NCBI GenBank assembly: GCA_965227295.1
Contig: OZ245742.1
Coordinates: forward strand, 4,160,001 to 4,224,000
DNA: 64,000 nt
Source: Leptonemataceae bacterium
GTDB lineage: Bacteria > Spirochaetota > Leptospiria > Leptospirales > Leptonemataceae
Direction: 5' to 3'
The position numbers were made by a program, and so were the translations under genes. Of the stretch, positions 56,898 to 64,000 are shown piece after piece; the first letter of the stretch is position 1, and every line of letters starts with the position of its first letter. Under the pieces are notes generated by a model that saw only the letters and a list, made by a program, of their open reading frames with translations, did not search any database and was not told the DNA's origin.

Positions 56898-57290
56898 TTA
56901 GTACCATGCCCCCGCCGGAAACGCCTGGACGCGCTGCCCGAAGGCGGCGACCTGGAGCTTTAAGCGTTTGATTTCATCGTCTTTCGTCTGCGCCCGCTGC
57001 TTGCACTTTTGCAGCTCCTCCCAAATGTTTCGCATTCCCCGTTCGGTCTGAATCGTCGTGGATGCTACCTGTTGCCGGGCCTGTTCCTGGGCTTCGGCCA
57101 CCTGTTGTTTGGCCTGCTCTTTAAGTTGTTCCCGAAGCTGTTTCGCTTTCCGGATTTCTACCTGTAGCTCCTGGCCCTGAGCGTTAACGTCGCTCATGGC
57201 CTGATTGAATTCCGTTTGCTGACGGTGCGACTCCGCCATGCCCTGAGCCGCGCTTACCAGATCAAGAATCAGTCCGATGGGAAAAGACAT
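56898..57290 (-). CDS. Gln-rich coiled-coil protein
   Basis: Heptad-like Q/E/K-rich sequence; abuts neighbouring genes. Confidence 0.65.
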   Translation of the reverse strand: MSFPIGLILDLVSAAQGMAESHRQQTEFNQAMSDVNAQGQELQVEIRKAKQLREQLKEQAKQQVAEAQEQARQQVASTTIQTERGMRNIWEELQKCKQRAQTKDDEIKRLKLQVAAFGQRVQAFPAGAWY

Positions 57291-57309
57291 AACTTTACAT
57301 CACACTGAC

Positions 57310-58257
57310 TTAGTACGAATAATCCCATTCGAGCATAACCAGGCCCGACGCCGCACTGACGCTGGACGTGCCCGGTACGTATTCATCGCCCCCGTTCCCG
57401 CCCTTGCTCCCGGCACCGAACGTCTGATACGGCGCGGCCCCACCGTTCGAGCCCTCGCCGCCGGATGGGCCGACCGGAGGCTGCCCGCCGAACCGCGCAC
57501 CCCCGCTACCGCCCGGGGCGGTAGCCAGCGCCCCGAAGGACGACGCGCCGCCGGGGTAGCCCGTCGTTTGATTGGCAACACCCGGCCCGCCCGCGCCGAC
57601 CGTTACCAGGTAGGTGGCCCCGGGAACCAGTGAGACCGGGATTTCAACCAGTCCTCCGGCTGCGCCTCCGCCGCCACCGGCACCGCCGCCGCCGTCATCG
57701 CCGTTCTCACCACCGGCGCCGCTCCCGCCGCCACCCACACAGCGCAACGTAATTTCAAAATCAAGGCTCGCCGGACAGAGGAAAGAATGTGTCCCCGGCG
57801 TGGTCCACAGCACGACGTCGTTAGGGTACAGGGAACGTAAGATTAACTTCTTAGTTTGCAGCTCCTGGCCTTCGCTTAACGACGAAGCTTCACCGCCGGT
57901 CGCCGTGACGATCGAACCGTCAAGACCGACGGCGAGAAATTCGCCGATATGCAACAGCGGCGCGGCGATGGAAACATCATCCAGGTCATAAAAACCATCG
58001 GGTTTCGCTAGTAACGCGGCCAGGTCGGCCTTTAGATCCAGTTCAAGTTGTAAGTCGTGAATGTCGGCTATATCATGTAAGTGAATCGCATCCGCTTTCG
58101 CGGCCAGCTCCGTTTCTAACGAAACGATGTCCGGGATACTGTGCGCATGGCCCAGGGCGGCCTTGTTCTGTAGCTCCGACTCCAGCCCCTCGATGTCCTG
58201 GACCTGGAACAGATCCGCGAAGTCCCGCGCTTCGATGCGTTCACCGTTCGCGGGCAT
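57310..58257 (-). CDS. Fibre/spike-like protein with HxH tail-fibre repeats and glycine-rich C-terminal domain
   Basis: HAHSIPDIVSLETELAAKA and HLHDIADIHDLQLELDLKA repeats; WTTPGTHSF...VGGGGSG...PGATYLVTVGAGG; start moved to ATG 58257. Confidence 0.75.
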   Translation of the reverse strand: MPANGERIEARDFADLFQVQDIEGLESELQNKAALGHAHSIPDIVSLETELAAKADAIHLHDIADIHDLQLELDLKADLAALLAKPDGFYDLDDVSIAAPLLHIGEFLAVGLDGSIVTATGGEASSLSEGQELQTKKLILRSLYPNDVVLWTTPGTHSFLCPASLDFEITLRCVGGGGSGAGGENGDDGGGGAGGGGGAAGGLVEIPVSLVPGATYLVTVGAGGPGVANQTTGYPGGASSFGALATAPGGSGGARFGGQPPVGPSGGEGSNGGAAPYQTFGAGSKGGNGGDEYVPGTSSVSAASGLVMLEWDYSY

Positions 58258-58913
58258 CAGTACGCCCCCGCGTTCAAGAAATCCGGTAATTGATGGTTGT
58301 ACGCCTCGACGTCTACCTCTATGACGAACCGGACCCGGGTTGATGCGTAAACTTCCGTTTGCTTCAGGCTTGCCAGATACGGTATGAGTGCCAGATAGCC
58401 GCCGCGCGAATAAAACGGCAAATCCAGGCTTGCGGCGTATGTCGTCCCCTGGATCATTAACCCTTCGTGAAATTCTTCTAAATTGTTTATGAAACCGTAC
58501 GCGCTCCACTCCGGATAATACGCCGCGTCCGCCAGACGATAGCCGATCCGAAACGGGAAACCCCGGTTTCGCGCGTGGGGAGAGACGAGCAGTGTTTCCG
58601 GAAATCCCGTGTAGCTGGAAAGGAGCGGCGTCTCCGGCGCGTACAGGATTTCGGCCCCCTGGTCGAAATGCGCGGCGAATCGCTGGTACGGCTGGCCGGG
58701 GAGACTGACCAGGGCCAGCGTTACCGGCGTGTCCAGCGCCGTCTGTGAGCGGAAGTAATGGGCCTGGTTTAGAAACGACCGGATACGTAGGTACACGTTC
58801 TGCGGCACTTCCGCCAGGCCGATGGAAAACGTTTCACTGTACAGATCGTTCGCCGCATCGTACGATTGCGAAAACACCACCTGTTGACTGACTGTTTCGA
58901 CGACCAGGCCCAC
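58257..58913 (-). CDS. Hypothetical beta-rich protein (possible virion component)
   Basis: Stop overlaps the fibre gene start; aromatic and beta-strand-rich. Confidence 0.6.
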   Translation of the reverse strand: MGLVVETVSQQVVFSQSYDAANDLYSETFSIGLAEVPQNVYLRIRSFLNQAHYFRSQTALDTPVTLALVSLPGQPYQRFAAHFDQGAEILYAPETPLLSSYTGFPETLLVSPHARNRGFPFRIGYRLADAAYYPEWSAYGFINNLEEFHEGLMIQGTTYAASLDLPFYSRGGYLALIPYLASLKQTEVYASTRVRFVIEVDVEAYNHQLPDFLNAGAY

Positions 58914-58916
58914 AAC

Positions 58917-59315
58917 TTACCCCGTGGTTTCGCAGATCAGCAACACCGATACGCCCCGGGCCGGGACGGCATATGCAAAGGTTTGCAGGTGCATTTCCAT
59001 TTCGCGCCCGTTCGGCCAGGTGAGCGGACGGATCTTTTGAAAGACCCGCTCCATATCGCGCGGCGCTCCAATCTGACTTAACTCGACCGCGTCCTGAAAC
59101 GTAAGATTCGACGCGTTCGTACCCTGGGGTTTCAGGGCAAAGAGCACGTCGTCAAACACGGTGGGTGCGGCCGGTTCCGGATAACGCACGACCAGCCCGA
59201 TGATCTCCAGGGTGTGGCCGCTCTGGTTCGTGCGTGTGCCGACCTTGCCGAGTGTAGCCGACGCGCTGACCGGGTTATCGTTCACGATGCGATAGAGCAG
59301 AGTTTCGCGGGCCAT
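58917..59315 (-). CDS. Hypothetical beta-rich protein (possible minor capsid protein)
   Basis: GGAGG RBS; alternating hydrophobic strands; follows the capsid candidate. Confidence 0.6.
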   Translation of the reverse strand: MARETLLYRIVNDNPVSASATLGKVGTRTNQSGHTLEIIGLVVRYPEPAAPTVFDDVLFALKPQGTNASNLTFQDAVELSQIGAPRDMERVFQKIRPLTWPNGREMEMHLQTFAYAVPARGVSVLLICETTG

Positions 59316-59336
59316 GCCTTAACCTCCGGTCGTCGT

Positions 59337-60050
59337 TTATTTGCGGGCCGGTTGCGAAGCGTGGTCCATGCCGCGCAAACGTAACCGCACAAAGTGGTCA
59401 TTCAACGAAGCGGGAAAGTTAAAGCCCGCCGCCTCGAATACCAGCGACATTGATTGATCCGAGTTCCGCCAGTCCGGCGAGAACTTGAATTCGTACGGGT
59501 ACGCCACATTGGAACGCGGTCCCGCGAGCGCTGCCGAGGGCGTCGGCATGAGCACGGCCACTCCGGCCGCGACATCCAGAGCATTCCCCGGGTCTGTCTC
59601 AACCTGGTGAGGATAGAAGACCCAGGGCAAAGGCCCCGTGAGATCCACGGCCGACGACCAGTCGAGCAACTGTGACGTATCGCGGATTAACTTCACGTAC
59701 GCCCGGTTGACGACTTTCGCCCAGTCGTTGAACCGGTCCATGAAAGTGGCTCCGCCGGTCGGGATGAATGCGCCGCCGTCCTCGCCGATGATGTCCAGGA
59801 CCATTTGCACGGCGCCGCCGATGCCCGTTTGCCAGGCATTGTTCCCGTTGGTGCGGTAAGATGTATCCGCACCGAGTTGTTCGGCCTGGCCGTCAAAGAA
59901 GTTGATCTTTGCCGGTTGCCCGCCGGTGATTCGTTTGATACTGACCAGCGTGTGCGGATACGCGCCCACATCGTAGGGCGACCTCCGCCGGGGTCGATTC
60001 GGTCCGCTTCCGTCCATAGTCTTCGCTCCTGAGTTATGTTCGCCGTACAT
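59337..60050 (-). CDS. Candidate jelly-roll major capsid protein
   Basis: 237 aa, beta-rich, INFFDG...TN segment and terminal VRLRLRG strand; central position in the structural cluster; function is inferred only. Confidence 0.4.
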   Translation of the reverse strand: MYGEHNSGAKTMDGSGPNRPRRRSPYDVGAYPHTLVSIKRITGGQPAKINFFDGQAEQLGADTSYRTNGNNAWQTGIGGAVQMVLDIIGEDGGAFIPTGGATFMDRFNDWAKVVNRAYVKLIRDTSQLLDWSSAVDLTGPLPWVFYPHQVETDPGNALDVAAGVAVLMPTPSAALAGPRSNVAYPYEFKFSPDWRNSDQSMSLVFEAAGFNFPASLNDHFVRLRLRGMDHASQPARK

Positions 60051-60641
60051 TTACGCGGCGTAATAGTCGTAGTAATCGCCGGGGTCGTCGTCTCCGTGTA
60101 AGAGTTCGTCGAGTTCCGCCGCCTTCTCATGGCGATACACGGGATCGCCCCGCATTTCGTAATCGTCTTCCGGCATGGGCAGCGCTCCGCTCTCTTCCTC
60201 ACGCAAAGCCTCCAGCATTTCGCGGCGCTGGTCGCCGTCCGCCAGCGCCCACGCGAGCGCGAGCATTTGCCGGGGGTCCTGGATTTCGGCCTGGGCTGCG
60301 GGCGGCCCGGCCAGCTGGCCGGTAGCGCTGGCAACGGCGGGAAAGCCCATCGCCGAGAACCCGCGCGGCAGACCATAGGCCAGCGTACCGATGAAGACAC
60401 CCGCGATAGCCGGGGCAATCCAGGCATTGTCTTTGTAGGTCTTCGAGTCCAGCCGGTCGCCGATCAAAAGCGCCCCGACACCCAGGGCCGTAGCCAGACC
60501 GGGCCGGACCCAGGGCGTTAGCTTGCTGCCCTCTAAGAATTCCTCGCCGATCTTGCCGAGACTGTGCGTGAGCCACATACCGCCGAGAGCCGCGCCGCCC
60601 GCCATGACCAGGCCGAGTTTGTTCGTCTGTACATCACACAT
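60051..60641 (-). CDS. Phage-like membrane protein with acidic Tyr-rich tail
   Basis: About three Gly/Ala-rich hydrophobic segments; tail LHGDDDPGDYYDYYAA. Confidence 0.65.
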   Translation of the reverse strand: MCDVQTNKLGLVMAGGAALGGMWLTHSLGKIGEEFLEGSKLTPWVRPGLATALGVGALLIGDRLDSKTYKDNAWIAPAIAGVFIGTLAYGLPRGFSAMGFPAVASATGQLAGPPAAQAEIQDPRQMLALAWALADGDQRREMLEALREEESGALPMPEDDYEMRGDPVYRHEKAAELDELLHGDDDPGDYYDYYAA

Positions 60642-60642
60642 T

Positions 60643-60894
60643 TCATCGCCTCCGGGCTTTCGCCTTTTTCTTCGCTTTCTTCTTCGCGCGTTTCTTCGTG
60701 GTCTTCTTACGCGCTTTCTTCCTGGCCTTTTTCTTGACTTTCTTCTTCGTCTTCTTTTTGACCTTCTTCTTAACTTTCTTTTTCTTCTTTTTAGCGCCCG
60801 CCTGGGCCGCTTTCTTGATGGCGTTAAATTTACTTTCGGTCATGCACACCTGCTTTTTGCGTATGCCGGAACTGAATAGACTTCCTAACATCAT
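60643..60894 (-). CDS. Lys-rich histone H1-like basic protein
   Basis: KKKVKKKVKKKTKKKVKKKARKKARKK...; fits exactly between neighbours. Confidence 0.7.
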   Translation of the reverse strand: MMLGSLFSSGIRKKQVCMTESKFNAIKKAAQAGAKKKKKKVKKKVKKKTKKKVKKKARKKARKKTTKKRAKKKAKKKAKARRR

Positions 60895-60902
60895 CGTACT
60901 TC

Positions 60903-62318
60903 CTATTTGGATTTTCCCCGCATGGCGATGGCGAGCACGGCCACCCCGACCAGGGCCGCGCCGCCGATATAGACGGCGGTCTTAGGAATTCCGCCGATCG
61001 TGTCCGACGCCTTCGCCGGGGGCGGGGATTGCAGCATAACGCGCGGCATCCCACCCGGCCGGGGGGCCGGGGCCACGTAGACGCGCGGCCGGGCCACCGG
61101 CGCGGGACGCGGAGCCGGGCGCGGTGCGGGCCGGGGCCGCGCGAACTGTAACGCCGTCCTAAGCAGCTGCTGGCGTTCGCGGGCCTTGCGGGCCGCATCG
61201 GCCCGGCGTTTCGCGCTCATTTGCTGCGCGATTTGCAGCGGATTGATTTTGCCGATGAGCGAACCGATGCCACCGCCGGAGGCGAGGCCGGGCAATAGCG
61301 ACGAAAGACCGCCCGCCGCCCCGGCCGCGCCGGTGATGCCCGGCACCACCGCGGCGAGCGCGGGCAGAAAGCCCAGCTCGCCCGCCAGCGTCCCGGCGGC
61401 GAAACCGTAGAGCGCCGCCGCGCCGGGATCGTCGTAATAATAGCTCTGTTGCCCGTAGCCCGTATCCGCGTAGGGATCGCTGTAATACGGGTCTTTTGCG
61501 GCGTAGGAATCGGCGTACGCGTCGCCGTAGGGATCTTCCGCGTACGGATCGTATCCGTACGGGTCTTCCGTCATCGCGTAAGGATCTTCAGCCATACCGT
61601 ACGGGTCTTCGCCCATGCCGTAAGGATCTTCCGCCGCGTACGGATCTTCGCCACCGCCGGGCATCATACCATCCGCGCCCGGCATCATCGACGTAGCGGC
61701 CTGGAGCACTTCGCCCGCGCCTTCCGCGATGCTCGAAACGAACTTGCCCGCGTCCTGGCCGATGTTTGATACAAACTTGCCGTAACCCTTCGCGGCGTGG
61801 CTTACGCCTTTACTCAGATCTTTAAAGCCCCGGGAAAGCGGTTTCGTTACGTGATTCAAGTTGACTTTCGGCAGCTTGAATTTGGGTAACTTGAATTTCG
61901 GAAGCCTGATTTTCGGTAACTTGAACTTAGGTAGTTTCAAATTCATTCGAAACTTGCCCAGGCCCTTAAACGCCTTCCCGAAATTGAACTTTGGGAGCCT
62001 CATCTTGAATCCTTTGAACTTGAACGCGTTTCCGAAGGACTTACCGAGAGAGAACCGGCCGAGTTCTGCGCCGGAGAGTTCGTCTGTAATGACCAGCGTA
62101 TCGGGAAACCAGGTGCCATCGATGGGCGTGTCATCGCCCGCCAGCGTCCACTGGTTCACGTCATCGACGACGTAGTCACCTTCTAACGATACCGCGACGT
62201 GCTCGGGCAGACCGTCGTAGAAATCGCCCCACATTTGCACGGCTTCGCCGTACAGTGTGTGCGTTTCATGGGCGCGTAAGTCGTCGCCGTGGAGTTCTAA
62301 GAGTGCAACCACGCGCAA
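60903..62318 (-). CDS. Multi-block low-complexity protein with C-terminal TM anchor
   Basis: Acidic N-domain, KFKLP repeats, EDPY repeats, Gly/Ala segment, RPAP repeats, IGGAALVGVAVLAIAMRGKSK. Confidence 0.75.
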   Translation of the reverse strand: MRVVALLELHGDDLRAHETHTLYGEAVQMWGDFYDGLPEHVAVSLEGDYVVDDVNQWTLAGDDTPIDGTWFPDTLVITDELSGAELGRFSLGKSFGNAFKFKGFKMRLPKFNFGKAFKGLGKFRMNLKLPKFKLPKIRLPKFKLPKFKLPKVNLNHVTKPLSRGFKDLSKGVSHAAKGYGKFVSNIGQDAGKFVSSIAEGAGEVLQAATSMMPGADGMMPGGGEDPYAAEDPYGMGEDPYGMAEDPYAMTEDPYGYDPYAEDPYGDAYADSYAAKDPYYSDPYADTGYGQQSYYYDDPGAAALYGFAAGTLAGELGFLPALAAVVPGITGAAGAAGGLSSLLPGLASGGGIGSLIGKINPLQIAQQMSAKRRADAARKARERQQLLRTALQFARPRPAPRPAPRPAPVARPRVYVAPAPRPGGMPRVMLQSPPPAKASDTIGGIPKTAVYIGGAALVGVAVLAIAMRGKSK

Positions 62319-62419
62319 AAGTTAATACTATCGCGCGGGGTTTGTATAGCGGGAAATGGGTTAGTGTGTGGGGATTGGCCGCTACGTGTCCGGGTGGTGG
62401 CAGCAAAAACAATACTATT

Positions 62420-62815
62420 TTAGTGCCGGGGAAAGAACCGCCATTCTTGCTCTTGTCCTGAAGTATGCCGTGGTTGCTCTTGTACTTCACCGGGTTGCAC
62501 GAAATATGCACCGATTACATACGATGCAGCTACAGAAGAAAGAAAACCGACAATAAAACTAACCGTAAGCGATGCGAAATAGCCGATGGTCTTCTGCCAC
62601 CACTTCGGTTTAAACTCAGGAAGCCAAGTTACATTTCCGCATGACTGACACCTGACCCTTGAGCCCGCGTTGTGGTCTGTGATATTAAAAGTTGCCGAGC
62701 AATTGTCGTTTGGACACGGCATCACCCGGATGGTCTCAACCTGAGGAGAGCCCCCCACGATGTCAGGAATTATTGCGCCCATAAACAGTCTCCCTAACTT
62801 GCCTGAACTGTCCAA
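62420..62815 (-). CDS. Zn-ribbon plus TM hypothetical protein
   Basis: CPNDNC...CQSC followed by a TM helix; lower GC. Confidence 0.5.
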   Translation of the reverse strand: MDSSGKLGRLFMGAIIPDIVGGSPQVETIRVMPCPNDNCSATFNITDHNAGSRVRCQSCGNVTWLPEFKPKWWQKTIGYFASLTVSFIVGFLSSVAASYVIGAYFVQPGEVQEQPRHTSGQEQEWRFFPRH

Positions 62816-63300
62816 CGCTTAACTAGCCGATCGAAACCTGCGTAGACCTCCATGCCTCCGTGGTGTTCGCGCAGAAAGTGGATTATTGGCCCGTGACTCT
62901 TGTGTAATGAGAGCACGGCTCTTTGAAAGTATCTCGCGAGGACTTCCTCGTCGGCAGTTCGGTTTTCAATGGCCAGGGAAACCATTTCCAAATAATTGAG
63001 AACCTCCGTAGCGGCACGGTATGACCCTTTGTATGTTACTATCGCATCTGTGGGATCATTATTAAACGCTAGTAAGAAGAGCGGTTTTACTGACAGCTGT
63101 ACGCGTTCTATATACTCTGGCCCGGTCCATTGCCGGATGTAGTCCATAGCATTTTCTCGTTTCTGAAAGCGTAGATTCCTTCTATGTGCCACGATAAGGA
63201 CGCCGGGAATTAACAAGATGGACAATATTTGCGCAATCTGTATCGTCAGCTCGATCAAATCCATTCCAACCCCTCCCGAATATGCCTCAGTAAGTTTCAC
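62794..63300 (-). CDS. DUF4760-like protein with N-terminal TM
   Basis: VLNYLEMVSLAI...DEE...Y..F..LVKRW pattern; lower GC. Confidence 0.6.
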   Translation of the reverse strand: MKLTEAYSGGVGMDLIELTIQIAQILSILLIPGVLIVAHRRNLRFQKRENAMDYIRQWTGPEYIERVQLSVKPLFLLAFNNDPTDAIVTYKGSYRAATEVLNYLEMVSLAIENRTADEEVLARYFQRAVLSLHKSHGPIIHFLREHHGGMEVYAGFDRLVKRWTVQAS

Positions 63301-63354
63301 ATTTTAGGCATTTCTAAGTAGGTCAAGCATCTTACGAGACTACCTTGACTTCAT

Positions 63355-63543
63355 TTAAGGGCTTTGCAGGGATTTTTCCTTCTTTATTCGACGAACGGTC
63401 CGTTCTGAAATATTTATTGAACCCATCCATGGAAAATCTGGGTCACCTCGTTTAAAGAAGGAAACAACGTCAGGAGCCTGCCAGCCTTGGCTAATTAGCT
63501 CCCTAATCTTTTGTCGCACAGGTTCAGGTATCCGCCGTCCCAT
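63355..63543 (-). CDS. Small helix-turn-helix protein
   Basis: MGRRIPEPVRQKIRELISQG...ISERTVRRI; GGAGG RBS upstream. Confidence 0.55.
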   Translation of the reverse strand: MGRRIPEPVRQKIRELISQGWQAPDVVSFFKRGDPDFPWMGSINISERTVRRIKKEKSLQSP

Positions 63544-64000
63544 AAAAAACCCTCCGAAACTCTTCATCATACAGGCGCCCCCCAAACACACACCGATCAT
63601 CATACGTTGCATCGGTGGGCACCCAGGCCCCGCCTAACTCAATCTCAGGATAAACATGATGAGGCCCGGCCCCCGGCCGTGTGCCGACACACGCCAGCCG
63701 CGAGCGCAGTCCTTTCAAAAACGCAAACGCTAAAAGTAAGATGGCCTTGTCGTCACAATCCCGCGCAAACGGCCAGTCTGGCCGGACGGTGTAACGCGGG
63801 CGGGAAAGCATTTCCACGCCCGGCGGATCGGCGTGATACTTCAACCGCCGGACGTGGTTATAAAACTCCTCGAAAGACAGGTGAGCAAACGGGAGCAAAT
63901 CGGCGGCGTAGCGCCGCGCCATGTCGAACATACGCGCGACGGTAATTTCATACGACGCCAGGTCCTGCGTAAGCTTCGCCTGAATCGAAAGCAGGGTGTC
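63524..64000 (-). CDS. Transglutaminase-like cysteine protease (frame open to the window edge; start uncertain)
   Basis: RDCDDKA, HHVYPE, WVPTDAT giving a Cys-His-Asp triad; no stop between 64000 and the tracked start. Confidence 0.75.
   Translation of the reverse strand, partial: DTLLSIQAKLTQDLASYEITVARMFDMARRYAADLLPFAHLSFEEFYNHVRRLKYHADPPGVEMLSRPRYTVRPDWPFARDCDDKAILLLAFAFLKGLRSRLACVGTRPGAGPHHVYPEIELGGAWVPTDATYDDRCVFGGRLYDEEFRRVFYGTADT

Larger units (their letters stand above)
54663..64000 (-). mobile_element. Putative provirus structural module (tailless, membrane-containing type); continues past the window edge and may include the block from ~48.6 kb
   Basis: Tightly packed co-oriented small ORFs with C-terminal TM anchors, LysM, M15-like peptidase, fibre repeat, Lys-rich protein, transglutaminase-like protein; no portal, terminase or tail-tube gene recognised. 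Confidence 0.7.

Noticed and set aside
57310..58257. Tailed-phage assignment based on the tail-fibre repeat
   Set aside because: Fibre repeats are shared by many virus types, and no other tailed-phage hallmark is visible in the window

Overview
A high-GC bacterial chromosome segment; gene content (DUF1554 and FG-GAP lipoproteins, ECF sigma/FecR pair, dapA-dapB-cdaA-cdaR-acpS, bactofilin-pdxA) suggests a Leptospiraceae-like spirochete (inference). 1-6.9 kb: end of an alternative complex III operon (actC/D/E/F), a di-heme cytochrome c and a cbb3-like ccoNOP module whose CcoN appears to lack all six canonical metal-ligating histidines. 7.6-28.4 kb: mostly housekeeping genes (recJ, mtnB, mutY, queG, pdxB, MutS-like, ppx, acpS, cdaAR, dapAB, pdxA). 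28.5-40.3 kb: accessory block with two FG-GAP lipoproteins, betA, a signal-peptide-bearing 201-aa 'half-actin' resembling eukaryotic actin subdomains 1+2, a DUF4419 fusion, a carboxylesterase, and a non-coding tandem array of ~330-bp units with G-U-biased, covarying stems (candidate structured RNA array). 40.3-48.2 kb: TPR protein, lytic transglycosylase, decayed DUF4238 gene, cysS, TrmH-family methyltransferase. 48.6-64 kb: a lower-GC regulatory/lipoprotein block, then a co-oriented cluster that looks like the structural module of a tailless, membrane-containing provirus running off the right edge. All family calls are from motif recognition by eye; no searches were run.
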